Shown one piece after another: positions 37,524-52,118 of a stretch of DNA of 64,000 bases. A program made the translations under genes and the position numbers. The stretch comes from Callorhinchus milii. Lineage: Eukaryota. The stretch is taken from NCBI RefSeq assembly GCF_018977255.1, contig NW_024704742.1:75394001-75458000 (forward strand), in the 5' to 3' direction. The notes under the pieces were generated by a model. It had not been told where the DNA came from. It searched no databases and worked only from the letters and a program-made list of their open reading frames with translations. Position 1 is the stretch's first letter; each line of letters starts with the position of its first letter.

Positions 37524-37617
37524 CGCAGTCAAACTATTTTATAGTATATTCTGTGAAGCATTTTGAGACGTCTCAAAGACATAAGGTGCTATATCAAATG
37601 CAAGGATTATTATTATA
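37524..37617 (+). mobile_element. SINE 3' tail fragment
   Basis: ttctgtgaagc...tatatcaaatgcaaggattattatt. Confidence 0.75.
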
Positions 37618-37764
37618 ACTTGAATTCAGTCTCATTGAAGTTGATGCCTGTAATTTGTAAATTATAGAAAACCAACTTCAAAATGAAGGTTATATTTAAG
37701 AATTTGTCAAATTTTGGATGCTGTAAAAACAGGAGAGTAAACCTAGACTCAAGTGGAATTTCAT

Positions 37765-38030
37765 TCTAGATGTCTCAAAGCGATTCACAGAATATACTGT
37801 AAAGTGAACTAACTGCGGTCGAAATGCGGCAGCCAATTGCGCACAGCAGTGTCCCACAAACAGTCTTGGATTAAAATGACTAATTTTATTATTGTTTGTT
37901 TTTTTCCTTGAGGGATTATCATCAGGCGTGTGGAGTAAGGAAACTTGCCCAATGTTTTGCTCTGCTGGGAATCAAACCCAGGTCTCTCACTTGCGAGCGA
38001 AATGCTCTAACCACTGAGCTACAGGACTCC
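37765..38030 (-). mobile_element. tRNA-derived SINE, short form, missing the extreme 3' end
   Basis: Intact tRNA-like head about 60 nt from the exon 11 donor. Confidence 0.85.
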
Positions 38031-38089
38031 TAATATAAACCAGCACCGTCTTTCAATTCTAATTCCAACATTTCTCTACAAATTCATAC

Positions 38090-38291
38090 CTGTCTCTTAT
38101 AAGTTTCTAGCTGTGCCCGGGCAGCATTTGCCTTGCGGAGCTCCTCTTCTAGATTGACCGTGTTCTCCATGTGCATTGTGTTCTTTTCCTCAAGGAGCTT
38201 CACCTGCCGCCGCAAGTCACCCAGATCCTCCAGCTTCTTTTTGTACACTTCTACAATGCCTTCCAGTTTCCCCACTTTATCAGACGAATGC
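38090..38291 (-). CDS. HOOK3: HOOK3 exon 11 (202 nt): HSSDKVGKLEGIVEVYKKKLEDLGDLRRQVKLLEEKNTMHMENTVNLEEELRKANAARAQLETYKRQ
   Basis: gttag|G CAT...CAG|gtatga; overlaps ORF 38084..38275. Confidence 0.97.
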
Positions 38292-39167
38292 CTAACTCAA
38301 TAATAGAACTTAAATCAGCAAGAAAACAAAGCATAAATGTTCTTAAACAAAATCAAGAAATCATAGTAAACATTTTTTAAATGTGGGAGTTGTGTAAGAA
38401 TTAAGAATTACTTAATGGCCTGTAAAGTCAAATAAATCAACCTATTTGATTTTTTTTTGTTAGGATCCACATCCTGTATCAAGCATGTATCTTTCAGAGA
38501 AGCAACACTGCAGTTGGTACCATTCCTAAAGTTTGCCTGATAAGCAATAATCTTGTTTCTCAGAATCATAGTCAGAAGACACTGGCCTAACCCAATATTT
38601 ATCTTAAATGGCCCTGGAGAGGATGATTTTCTGAATTTGCAAACAGCAGGGAGGTCTTGATGAAATCTTCCAGACAAACTGAATAAGAGATCGAGATAGG
38701 TCAAAAAGCCCTCCATAAAGATCAAAACAGTTTCCTTCAGCTTTCAAAAATGACTCCCACAAAGCAATAATGAAAGCTACCACTACTCAGGATTTTTTCA
38801 ATGAGTTTGATGCTACTATGTGGGTGGGGGAAGAGAGGATTTGAACACATTTATCTTTGTTCTATAAATTAAAAATAGAATTTAGTATTTAGAAAAACTG
38901 CAATGGCTGAACAGGGTATGGTTAAGAGGGATAGATTAAAAGAAAAAAGTAGGAAGTTTGGAACTCCATCCTGGATTGGGGGAGGTATCTACACAAGTTC
39001 AGCGGGCAGAAAAACAAAATCTGTGAAACAGATAAAATGCTTAACTTGCCAGAACTAGCTACAATTAAACTTCACGGATGGTGATGGTTCTGGCTCAAAA
39101 TTCTAACGTTGTTAAATGATTGTGAATTTTCATTACAAAAGTCTTTACTTTTATACCTGAACAACTG

Positions 39168-39317
39168 TAATACAAACATTATCCTAGCAATAAAGGGCAC
39201 TATTGCATAAGATAGTTGCAATCCTTGAATAGGTTTTAATACTAAAAGTTGGATACACAAATCTTTATTTCTATCTAATGCAATAGTGCCCTTTATTGCT
39301 AGATAATATTTGTATTA
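39168..39317. repeat. inverted repeat, arms about 47 bp, spacer about 55 nt
   Basis: taatacaaacattatcctagcaataaagggcactattgcataagatag vs ctatctaatgcaatagtgccctttattgctagataatatttgtatta. Confidence 0.92.
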
Positions 39318-39757
39318 ATCTTTATTTCATAGTAATCATCTAATTATTTCTTTGGAATAATGTTTTAAGCACAAAAGGGCATTAAGTTGTAATTATCCCA
39401 TGAATTACCTGAAAATAATAAATATTAAATGTTCTGAGTTTTATAAATGTCCCTTAAAAACCAAGTGGGAAAAATTACACGTGCTAATGGTGCACATCCA
39501 TTTCTAAGCACCCAATTTTTAAGCTCTCAGTAATATCTCAATATACACAGAACTTCAGCCCACAGGAGGGCACCAAGATCCAATCTTAGCTTTCAAAGCC
39601 AAAGTGATTTATGATTCATTAAAAGCGGCATTTTGTAGTGAGGAATACATTTCAAAGAGTTGCTTGATCAAGGAATCACATAAAGGGTTAGAGGTTAGAA
39701 TGTGTTACAGACTTGAAATAAATGTTACACTTAGGAGTATTCAATCATGATTAGTAC

Positions 39758-39898
39758 CTAAGAACGTCCATCTCATCCTTTAAAGTCTGGGCTTCATCTG
39801 CAAGGCTCGTAAGCTCTTCGTTTTGTTCTCGTAATTCAATAAGTTCTTTCTCAAGTTCCTCACATCGAATCCGAAAGTCATCTTTTGCTGCTTCTAAT
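39758..39898 (-). CDS. HOOK3: HOOK3 exon 10 (141 nt): LEAAKDDFRIRCEELEKELIELREQNEELTSLADEAQTLKDEMDVL(R)
   Basis: ttcag|A TTA...CTT AG|gtacta. Confidence 0.96.
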
Positions 39899-41076
39899 CT
39901 GAAATTAACAGATCAACTGCTTTTGTAAAGTTATTCAAATTCTTTCATCCATCTGGGATTTTGCAGCCAATTAGCTTTACAATAGATAAATAACTGAAAT
40001 GTTTTAAATTTGTCAGTAAAGATGAGAAATGATAAAACATTTCTCAGTTTACTTTTGTGTTGAAAGTGAAGGATGTCACCACTAAAGAATAAACACGTGT
40101 GGTATCCCAATATTAACATTTAACCAAAACTTGGGCTTGGTGAGTAAATGCACCAAATAGCATGGTAGAGCATATAGCTGATGGCTTCCTTTCCTTTGAC
40201 TGTTGTTTGCTCTAAAAATGGCCGATATTTGGGTCACTAAGTTGTCACAGATATCACTTTCTGCCTTGAGCATTACAAAGAAAGTGACAACGGCAGTGAC
40301 TCAATGACCTGGATGTCAGCAGGCAAGGCGCTGCTCAGCTGTGCAATACACCTGTGCATTGAAACTGGCTGGCACACCAGTTGGGATTTTATGGATCAAA
40401 CACCCACATTATAACAGGACTCCAACACATCTTCTAATGAGTACAAGGGTTGAAGTGCCAGCACGAAAGATGGGGGTGGATCTAAAATTTCTATTTTGCC
40501 AATGGTACAACTTTTGATTCAAGCAATTAACTATAAATACCCAGCCACTATTCTGTACATCAATTGCCTGTGAAGCTTTTTGAGACGTTATGTTATAAGC
40601 ACTATATCAAACGCACACATTATTAATATGGATCAATTTCTAGTCTATCCTGGAGAGGATTACACATTAAAACTATTTCAGGCTTTGCTGAAATGTCCAT
40701 TCTACAGAGACTAACTCATTCATTTAAATTCCAATTATAGTCAATTTTGATATGCGCAACACCACACTTCATCTTGTTTTGGTACGTCATATTAAACCTG
40801 GTACTTGACAGTTTAGCAATGTAGTGCAATTTTATTATCAGTACCATAGAAATTTACAGCAGTGTCATTATTGGTTCTTTGAAAGAACAATCCATTCAGT
40901 CTCATTTACCTGCCTTTCCCCATCCCCCTGCAAATAACTTCCTTTGCTAATTATTATAACTGTATGCCCTCTAGTCACGTATTCACTGTCCAGTGGAAAT
41001 TATTTCTCCCCTCTGCACTATCAAAACCCATCAAAAACTTTCAACAGGCCTCCACTTTATTCTCATAGGTCAGTAC

Positions 41077-41240
41077 CTGAAGGTTTCTTCTTGTAGCTGT
41101 TCCAACTGGGATTGAAGTTGAAGATGTCTACGTCCTGCTGGGCTGTTGGGGTCTTCAATGGAATCAGATTGGTTGAGGCGATCCATAAGAATTTGATTTT
41201 CTGCTAGTAAACTACTTTTTTCCTCTTGTAGAGCCGCAAC
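41077..41240 (-). CDS. HOOK3: HOOK3 exon 9 (164 nt): VAALQEEKSSLLAENQILMDRLNQSDSIEDPNSPAGRRHLQLQSQLEQLQEETF(R)
   Basis: aatag|GTT...TTC AG|gtactg. Confidence 0.96.
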
Positions 41241-41641
41241 CTATTTAAATGCAGAACAGAAAAAAAAACATATTAATCTGAAACTTACTTTGATGCAAAT
41301 CTACAAATTGCACTTGTGTAGCTCCTTTCATATAGGGTGAACATTTGAAAGTACTCAACAGATCGAATAAGGAATCGATTCAGAGTCCAAATTCCATTAT
41401 AATTATCTTCCAAACCTATGAACAGTATATTCAAAACGGTCATCTCCTTTTGACATTGTACTTTGCATTAGACTTAAACCTAGTCCTTAAGATTGTAAAG
41501 CACCTTTCTTACATCCTGTAAAACTGCAACTAATAGCTGAGTTGCAATACTTCAAATCAAGTCTTAAACTTCGGATCGCAAGTGTCACTCTTTTAGAAAT
41601 GAATTCGGTATAAAGAAATTTATCAATAACTAAAACATAAA

Positions 41642-42035
41642 ATAATAATCACTGCATTTGGTATGGTGCCTTATCATGTCACTGAACATCTCAAAGCTTT
41701 CACACAATTTACTATGAGGTGTAGTGTCTTTGTATTTTGTAGGCAGCCAATTTTCAAACAGTAATGTCCCATAAACAGCCATGACGTGAATGACTAATCT
41801 TTATCTGAGGGATTGTTGGCCAGGATATTGGGATAAACTCCCATCTCTTTTCAAATAGTGCCATGGGAATATCCACCTGAAATGACAAATAGGACCTCAG
41901 TTTAATCCCTTATCCAAATGACAACATCTGCAACAATGCAATGCTCCACATCCTAGGCTGAGTTTGAAGTCCTGACTCGCAGTTTGAACCTACAATCTTC
42001 CAAATCAGAGATGGGTGTTACCAACTAAGCCAGGT
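41642..42035 (-). mobile_element. older Deu-domain-type SINE
   Basis: Homologous to the 30395 and 15745 copies. Confidence 0.7.
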
Positions 42036-45000
42036 TGACCCCCTTAAAGATAGCTGTAAAAGGAACTAGGATATGGAATTGGTGTGGGTGCCTCATGGGT
42101 CAATGCTAGAACCTTTCTCTTGTTAACAATAAATAAAGTGGATTTTCTGACTCAGTGCAATGTAGTTACATTTGGAGTTGATATTAAGCAAGTGAATACT
42201 GTGGAATCTGAGGAGGAAGCCAAGGCAGATCAAGCACCCAGGCTGAACATTGGCAAACAGTGTTCAAAGTACCTTGGGATGTCTTCCTGACATGAAAGGC
42301 ACTATACAAATATAATTTTGTGTTGTAAAGTAAGGTACTGGAAACAAACAAAAGAGGCATGTTTGTTTCAGGGATGAGATGGATGTTGCCAAAGGTAAAT
42401 CTAGGGGTGTGAACTAACTCATCACTCACTATATCCCAACAGTGTGAGAAATCAATAAAAATGAACAGGATGTTGAGCTACACTGCATAATAGGTTAAAA
42501 TCCACAAAAGTTATGTCAAAGCTTTACAATGCTACCACTATTTACCTGGAAAAGAGGGTAGACCACAGCAAGAAAGCTGGACGAAGAAGAATTATCTAAG
42601 GCGCATTTATATTAATCCAAGTTACAAAGAACAAAATGGGCGAGCTCAAAATATTGGCAAAGAGGGAGGAACGTATTGTGGGAGTGACTGAAATTTGATT
42701 CAGAAGAGAAGATGAATGGGGAAATTAACCTGTGGGAAACTAGTGTATCAGAAAGCACATAGAAAGGGGTAAGGGTGGCAATATTTATTAGGGTAAATTA
42801 AATGTAACTAAAGAAAAGGATATTGGAAATGAAACAGTCTATGGTTAGAAGACGCTAGGAAGAATATTTAGTGATTGGAATATGCTACAGGCTGCCAAAT
42901 AATCAACAGAGGTTAGATCTATTGCTGAGATGATCAATGCAGGAGTCTGGGCAAGATTTAGCCCAATGATTAATAAGCAAAACATATCTAAAGTGCTCCG
43001 ATACGCCATCGTTGTGAAGGGCGCTATATAAATGCAAGTTGTTGTAGAAGGTTCATAAAATTGGTAAGATGCCAGGTACTTGATATGACTGTGAGGAATT
43101 CAAACGCTTCAATAAAAGTTGTGCAACGTGACACAAACAAAACAGTACAGGTGATGAAGGAAGTAAAGGACTTCCAAAAGGAATTAGACAAATCCTGGGA
43201 AATTAAGTTGAGGTCAAGAGATTTATGCATCAAAATGAATCTTTTGAGAAGTTGAATGGGTCGGCTGCACAGACTAACTGTCTACGCCTGCCTTAAATTT
43301 ACAATGTATGTAACTGTCTAGGACCATTGGCATCAAGACTGACTCAAAATACTTAATTTAAAAACAAAACCTTCCTCCCTTGCATTTAATGCTAACCCAC
43401 TGACATTTTGTAAATTAGCTGTTGAGATATTTACGCCTGTCATGTAGCACCCAAGAATTGAGATGATCAACTCAGCAGTCTGGACAAAATTTATCTCAAA
43501 GATTAATGAGAAAATAAATTCTAAATTATAGGTTACTGATATTGGATTCTTCAGTTATGCTTAAACTAAATTGAAATAAAACACATTCAAAGGCATCACT
43601 TGAAAATTTTCAAAATACTAAACCTTCCACATGAAATACTTAAATAAGGTAGAAACAACCTATCAACTATTACAGGCACAGATGCCAACTTCAATTTAGC
43701 ATTTGACAGCAAATGTTGTTGTTACTTTAAAAGATGCAAGGTATTAATTACACAACTAATCATACAAGATCCTCTGGCATATTATGAGGAAACATTAAGA
43801 AAATTAGGCAAGTTCTCTTTTGAAAAATTGAAACTAAGGTGAGATCATCCAAGTTTTCAAGAGACTGACTTTTTTGATGCAAGAAAATTGTTCAATATTA
43901 GAAGATTTCAACACCCAGGGATACAACTGAAAAATGAGTAAGACACTTTTTTTAAAAAAAAGAAACAAATAGTTAAAGCAAAACATACAAATGGGTACAA
44001 AAGGCAACTGAATGGAATTCTGGATAATGAAGGGATTGAGACAGGCAGCCGATGCTGAGAACTATTAAGAAATGGGCTTATAGGAACAAATAGCCTTTTC
44101 ATATTTTTAGTTAAGTTTTTTGTAAAGCTTTTTGAGACATTCTCCCAATGTGAAAGGTGTTATATGAAAGTGTAAATCGTTGTTCGAAGATAAAAAGAAC
44201 ATTTATTAACCAACTGAAAAGGCCACTAATTAAATTTTACTATTTCCTAATTTTGCTTATCATATTTACTTGGTCATATTTCATAAACAGCGCTCCTTAA
44301 TTGTAATAGCAAAGATTATTACAGTACTATAATGCACTACCCCCTCTACCCAATGAAGAAATAATAGAACAGAAAGCTCGGGTCATGCACTATAAAACAA
44401 AGTATGTCGAGCAGCAATTTAAATAAAGTTTTTTCCACTATCCTTGGCATTTTAAACAACTTGAATAGGATATCACTTATGTGCAGGTAACATTAAACAA
44501 ACCTTAAGCACTTTTAGCTATGGAGAAACATTGCGGTTCATCTTAACATGCACATGCCTCAACCCAAGATAATCTATTTATGGACCAAATACTATAATAC
44601 AGTTAACCTACTGAATACATCTTCCTACTGTAGAAACTTGTTTCACCTGAACAGTTTATTCAATCAATTTCCAATTATATTTATTGCAAAAATTGTTTTT
44701 GTCAAAACAATAATCACCAGTCTGGCACTGAAATAAGAGGCCAAAAGTATCAGTGGCTGACTACTTGGTTAATTTTCACATCTAGTTGAAAAATGTGAGT
44801 ACGGTGTACGCCTAATTTCTGATAAATTCAGTCATATTGTAGAAACCCTTATTACTGGAATACTATCAGCACATAATAATTTGAGTCATGCATTTTCTCT
44901 TTCTCAAAGGTGGTGATCTTTCCAACCAACAGAATGAATGGCCTCCACATCCAATATAAATAATAATAATCCTTGCATTTACCATAGCGCCTTATCAAAT

Positions 45001-48000
45001 GATAGATCAATGCTAAAAAATTCATACAAAGCAATATTAGATGTGTATATAATTGCTGAAAATGGGCAGAACTATTTAACCATTTAATTATTGCACCAGA
45101 CAGCTCTGATTTCAAGTTATACATAGATTGTTATGTACAAATGAAGTACAACAACATCATGGCTCTCTTCCCACCCCCCCCCCCCTTTTAATTATAGTCA
45201 ATTCACTTCCTTTCAAAGCATTATGAATAATTAGAACAGCCACTCCCATGTAATTTTTTTGATAACAATAAGGGAAAAATAGACAACCAAAGCTGAGATT
45301 GGTTAGATAACCCAGATGGTGGATGTTAATACATTATTTGAGCCTGATGATATGACTGTTAAAAAGATAAATAATAGATTTACCCATTCTTCTAGTTCAA
45401 TACACTCTAATCTCTGTCTAGCTGTCACATCTTGAAAAAGGTGTGCCTTCAAAACAAGGCAAAGTGAAAGAGATGTTAAAATTTCATCACAAACAGCAGG
45501 ATTCAGAAAAGAAAAAAAGCAATGGTGTCAGGTCAGTGATAGAATGTAGAAGATACAGAGATAAATTTTGCAAATACAAAGCTTTCTAGGTGTACACTAT
45601 TGTTCTGACACCTAGGGAAAATATGGTTTGTGAACAGACTTTCAGTATGATCTACTTAACAAAATGAAAACAGTAATATACATCAGTTAACAATGTTGCA
45701 TTGATTGGATAATAACTGGTTGAGATCACCCCAAATTCTGGAATTTTCCTTGCCTATAGCTATCTCCTTGCTGGGGAATGATTTTTTTTTAAACCAACTA
45801 AGGATGAGAGAAGAGAGGAAAAACTCAGGATCTAACCCTTATCATGATTTCTTTCAATAACAAAGGCACTATATTACCACAGGTGATTTTCTTCTACCCA
45901 GAGGCAGCATTGGTGAATGTTGATTTGAATTCTATTCCCTCAGACAGAGCTCATCATATTGTTTCAGTTTTTGTGACAAGGCTAGGCTCATACACTATGC
46001 ATACAGGGCACAGCGTAAAATGTCTAAGGCTAGAAAATACCATTAAGCAACAATATTTTCTTTTTTCTACAAATGGGCGAATCCACAAACTGCACATTCA
46101 GGCATTGCAGCCATTTTGATCTGAAATGTCTCTTCAATACATTGCAATACAAAGATGATAAAATAATTTGTATTCATGTATTACCTCTGGTTAAACTCCT
46201 AGTTTCCAATAAAGTTGATGCCACCATTTTGTTTGTGACGCAAATTAGCTTGTGAGTCCCAAAATAAAGCAGCCTCCTCTCGCATGGCATATTTACACAT
46301 CATCTCATTTGGAGCCTTAACTTTGTTTTGTTTTTTAACCCAGAGATGGCCAAAGGGCAACTCCAGAACTGCTGAAACTGATGAATAATAAATTGATGGG
46401 ACTGCAAAGGGGCTTTGTATGTGAATGTTGAACTTCAGTTAAGATTGAGGAAGACCACACCTAAAAGATAGGTAATCTGGCATTCTTTCATCCTCTATCT
46501 TTTAAATAGGACCTATCCTTATAAACAAACCAAAGAACCTGGCATCCTGAACTGTTACAAAGCCAGGAAACATTTAGAAAATCATGCTCACCACTCCGAT
46601 TGGCTGCCTTGAAGATGGCTTGGAGAGGAAACCTTCTGCACTGAAATTCCCTGAAAACCATGAGCTCAAACAACCTTAGTCAAGGGGAGGAAGTCCATCA
46701 CCATCACTTGTAGTTCACAAACTGTTCATATTGAAATAAGTTAAAAACTACTTTGTTGTAAAATGATTGAAATTTATAGAAATTTACAGGTTAAAAATGT
46801 TGCGACACGATCTTGCCTACAACCAATGTGCACTCTTCAAACACTGCTCCACATGGAAATGCTGAAACCTCTTCATCTAAAAGCATCTGGATGTAGAGAA
46901 AGATATCTCACACCCCATTGCACTAAAGTGGCAATTAAGTCCAAAAATAAAACTGGATAATTTGGTGTTCAATAGCTTCACAGTGTAGGCTTTCCTGGAA
47001 ACCAGAAGATTAAATCCCTGGGTGGTAGAATCCACAATCCTCTAAACAGGTCCGTTTACTTTCAGGAAAGGATTTATTGTATCCTTTCTAACCAACCATG
47101 GGTGCTCCAAGCAAGCGATTCTAATGGGACTGTCAATGCTGAGCATCTTGAGATCCACAGAAATTTATAACACAGAAGGCCATTCAGCTCATTATGCCTG
47201 TGGCTCTCAGTAAGCAGAAACCATTTAGGCCCATTCTTCTGCCTTTTCTCCAAAAGAATCACAATATAAGAATAAAGTCTTCCATGGGAAGAAAGGTAGT
47301 GGCCATCATTTCCTCTAAGGAATCATTTGAATAATCCATGACTGGATACTAGGAAAAGTACAAGAAAGAGTTTCATATAACTTGTTTCATGAGGAAATCA
47401 ACTGAATACAGAAACTCACATTTAGAAACGGAGCCTGAAGAAATTGCTTCTAAACAAATGCTTTAAACGTTCTAATGTTATGTAAGCAATGTGAACGTGG
47501 GAGTGGAACAAGTAAGAAAAAATAGATTAAGTGCTGGTAGGATTGCAGCTGATAGAATGACAACTTGCATTTATATAGTGCTGAGAGATGCTATGCTGTG
47601 TAAAGATCTCTATATAAATGTAAGATTTGACATTGGGAAAAGCTCTGACTTGCAACTGTCATTTACGAAGAAAAGTTTCACATGAGTTCAGAGATAAAAT
47701 GGTGATTTTTGAGGAAGTTTGAGAAAATGCTTTTGTTTTATCTGGAAGTTTTGAAGTAGAATTTTAAAAAAATGTCTTGCTCCTTCTCCATTTATCATGA
47801 TCCTCTATCCTGTCGTTCTTCCCAAACATAAATTGTCACGAACTCAATTATCTTATTTACTGAAACAGCCTTCCCTGGTAATTTATTCTATTTGATCATT
47901 GCCTTTTGAGTTAAATTAGTCTATCTGAAATTCATATTCAATCATTTTTAAATTTGATCTTCCTAGTTTTCAATCACAAACAATTTGGCCAGATTATTAT

Positions 48001-49839
48001 TGCTCTGATTCATTTGAATGTGGGAGTGGAACAAACAAAAAAAAGTAAATTAACTGCTGATAGGATTGTCTTCATTCATTGAATTATGGAATCCACAAAA
48101 AGGAAATGTTTTTGTTTAGGACAATTCTGGCTTCATGACACCATGAACCTTGAGTTTCCACCCTATGTGGCTCTAGTCTTTCATTCTGCATACAAGATAG
48201 CGTTCTCTAACTAATGTCCATTAATGGACATCATTCCAATCTTAATCTATGTACGGTCCTCAGACTTGTAGAAATTGTAGTGAGTTAATTCAGTAGTCAG
48301 AAAGATGTTCTGGACTCAAAACAATTAAAATGTTTTAACACAAAGACAATTTTCCTTCTTCACTAGCCTCCAACATCACAGAACATTGACCAAGTTAGGA
48401 AGAGAAGGCTGTCTTTGCTGGATAGCATAGTCTAGCTGGCAGGACTTGCCTGCCAACTGCTGCTCATCTACAGCAAAGTTTTAGTTATCAACGACAATTG
48501 TGGAGACAGTGTTGATAGCCAAACTCCCTTGAGAATATTGTTTTCTTTAGACCATCAATTCAGATCTAGGTTTAGAGGCCTAATCCAGCTGAACTTTGTA
48601 CAAGAATCCACAGAAAAATTCAGCTGCACCAATCTCACACAGTGAGCCACACAATATGTTGCCAACATCAGGGCAAGAATGCAAAGGTATCAATTGTGCT
48701 TCGAGCAAAAATCTTCTATGCAGAGTAATACAACACTACTAGAGGATATCCTTCATTCAGATTGATGCCATTCTGCTGCTGGCAGACATCCTCTGCACAG
48801 AGTGACACTATTATTTGAAGAGTGTGGCAATACAGTCACAGATTTCCTTAAACAAAATGCCTCACAAATAATGTCCTGCCTTCTCACATGATACATGGAA
48901 AAAGAGCTATCAAAATAGACTGGAATTAATTCCATAAATGCTCTGAAAGTAGATTGAAAGATGGAAGCATGTACTCTGCATCGGTACCTGTGATTCCCAA
49001 GTTCAACTGAAGATACTTTCAATGACCAAGCCAAATGCCATAGTAGACACAGGTTAGGTTGATCGAGGCCAGACCTTCTCCTGGACATTTGGTTGAAATA
49101 CACAATGGAATGAAGCAATTTATTACCATATTAAATTTGTCTGGTTGAGCAACTGGATGACAACCTCCAGAACCTTTTGATACCACTAAATACCATTAAT
49201 AAAAATCATGCATTTTTATATAGAATCTCTTCAACTGCTGCAAGTCAACATGGATCTGAAGGGAAAGTGACCAAATTGGGAACCACAAAATTCGTCATTG
49301 GGTAAAGGACAGCGCACCTCAGAAACTCCTTATAAGTGAATGTTTTCTCTGGCGATTTACGAGTGTGTAATAAGACTTTGAATGATTTGCGATCAGCCTT
49401 TCACTTGGGACTTTAGTTGGGGATGGCGACAGGAGTGACTGCATGGTGGGTCAAAAGCTGACTGTGCTATCAACTGCCACCCTGTTCTCCTGGACGCATA
49501 AACTAGTATGGGACTCTTGTGAAAATACCAAAAAGAGATGCTACTGTCCATGGAGGCTTGTAGAAAGTCCAAGACTATTTATACTATATGTTTTTATCAC
49601 TTTGCCCTTTATTCTGAAGGTTAAAGGCTTTTATAGATCTTGTAAGGTTAATGAGAAATCAGCAGGCTTTTCCAGTTAAAAAATATGCCTTTTTTCACAA
49701 AGCTGTTATCTCCACAGGTTCCTGAGGCTTCACACAGCATTTTTATTTGTTATCCTGCCACTGAGCTGCAGCTTTGATTCTGGCACTGTTGTCATACCTA
49801 GGAAAATGTCTTTAGAACATTCCGAAGCAATTGCAAAGA

Positions 49840-50010
49840 AGCATTAACAATCTGGAGCTCTCTCCCCCCAAAAGGCTGTGGATGCTGGATCCATTCAAAT
49901 TTTCAAGACTGAGGTGGATAGATAGGTAAATGTATCAATATGGGGCAAAGGTGGGTAATTGGAGTTGAGGTACAGATCAGCCATGATCTAATCGAATAGC
50001 GGAACATTTG
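49840..50010 (+). mobile_element. CR1 3' end fragment
   Basis: W.SLPPKAVDA...FKTEVDR; ttgaggtacagatcagccatgatct. Confidence 0.65.
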
Positions 50011-50447
50011 GATATCTTCATAACTGGTACTTTCAGTGCCTTGAATCACATGATGCTACGAAAAGAAAAGGTTGCCATACTAGATAATTTTCATCAAAAG
50101 ATTATGGCGAGTAGAAGTGCACAGTAATCTTGAATTGAATCATTCCAAACAATTGCAGACAAACAGAAGCAAAAAGAACAATTAATTCCCTTGGGTACAA
50201 AGCTTCTGGCAAGACAATGACTACTATGTGGGGCAGCATTTCACAAGCATCGTATGCCATTTATTACTGTCCTGGTGAATTAAATGTATCTGACTTAAAT
50301 CCAGAAGTACTAGCCTGTGTATACCCCAGTAATAAGCAGTAAGCATTTTGTTTGGAAAGGATGCTGAAATTCTCAAAAATCATAGTCCATTAGGAACAAA
50401 GAAATGTTATAATTAGAAACAGATTAAGTGATACAAACCAGACCTAC

Positions 50448-50531
50448 CTGCATATCTAGTTCATGGCATCTTTGTGCTATCTCCTCTTTTGCAGCTAAAG
50501 CTTCATTTAGTTCTTCAGTGGTTTTCTTCAA
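50448..50531 (-). CDS. HOOK3: HOOK3 exon 8 (84 nt): LKKTTEELNEALAAKEEIAQRCHELDMQ
   Basis: tctag|TTG...CAG|gtaggt. Confidence 0.96.
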
Positions 50532-52055
50532 CTAGAAAGGAATACAAAATCGATAGGACTTGGTTTTGAAAAGTTGAGTCAAAAATTCACGAGGACAGAT
50601 TTGATTCCTCTAAGATAATTTTTTAAATAGACTTCTTTGAATTATGCAGTATTTGTTCAGGTCTCTCTCCCTCGCTTGAGTTCTAACTCTGCCCCTGTGA
50701 AGCACTCAGACATTATCCTTAGTGAAGAGCACTATATAAATAAATATAATTACAATTTTCTTAAAATATAAGAACTAAGGTTTCAGAACTAAAGAATTAG
50801 ATCTAAAGGTTGGACAACTGCTGGTTTGATCACATGAATACTGCTTTAACTTTTGAGTTTACTGAGGCAGTTCCAGCAGACCTAATCAAACTGATTTTTT
50901 AAAGATTCTGGCCTGTATAATCAGAAGTACATAGCCAAGACTTATAAATCATCATAGTACCACAAGCTGTGATTCATACCCAAGTCTAGAGAATCCACTG
51001 CAGTAGTGATTAAGTTCCAACCAATGGGAGAAATGAGGCTCCAAAGATGGTTGTGTTTCCAGAATGCATGATATGAATCACCCCAAAATTCATATTATAC
51101 AGTAAGTCAAAGAATAAACAAGTCTATATCCTAAAATAAATCAATCTTCCCCAAAACAAACGAGAAATGGGGGCAGGGGGGGAATATCCCAAAAGAGAAA
51201 ATGATTTTTTTAAAAAAACTTTCAGCAGACTTAAATCCGACAAGAAAGATTTTTTTTCCCCTTCTGCTCAGCTCGTAAACGTGTTTTGACTTTTCCCTTC
51301 TATTTTAATGCAGTTACACTGGCAAGCATCACTCTTCAGCACCTTGCCTAAATGGGTATTATCCACGAGTCAGCCTCAATACCAATGACTCATTAATAAT
51401 AACCATATGGGCAAGGTACTGAAGGTTATTCCACAGCAGGGATGACCCAAACCTGCCCTGACATGCACACCTCCAGCAGTGGTTGCTGGAGATGAAAATC
51501 AGGAACCTTAGCTGATTTTCCCCTTTGTGAAAAAAATGGCTTGGAGGCCTTGTTGCCTCAGGTGAGATCATGCAGCTGTTCACTGGATAAAAATAAATTG
51601 GGGCATTGTTTCCAGCGTAGGATAATTATTATTGTCCATCAATAAAATCTTGAGGGAAAATCCGCTGCAGTTTAATCTACAGTTAATCTGCCTTTGTAAA
51701 GATGAATATATTAAAGTACTAGTTTTACCCAAGTCACAGAGAAATGCAGTTTATCCAAGGCAGGAGTGGGCTACTATAATAACAAAACATTTTATATAGT
51801 ACCTTCACATCAGGTGAATGTCTCCAATCACTTTACAGGATGTAATGTAAAGTGTAGTGCCAGTATTTTGCAAACAAATTATAAAACTTAAATAGCTAAT
51901 GTATGCAAGCCAAAGATGGTATTCTGAATAATTAATAAAACTTATAATATAGTCTTCACTTACACTTATTTTAGTCAGTGTATATTTGTGTCTTTATTTT
52001 AGTCAGTGCATACCTATGGTTTAGCTTTTTTCACAAAAGCTTCTGGTTTAATTAC

Positions 52056-52118
52056 CTGCCGCTCAAGGTCCAGATAAGCATCATTTCCAAGGGCTGCTGG
52101 CGTTTCTTTGCTCATGAG
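52056..52118 (-). CDS. HOOK3: HOOK3 exon 7 (63 nt): LMSKETPAALGNDAYLDLERQ
   Basis: tgcag|CTC...CAG|gtaatt. Confidence 0.95.
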
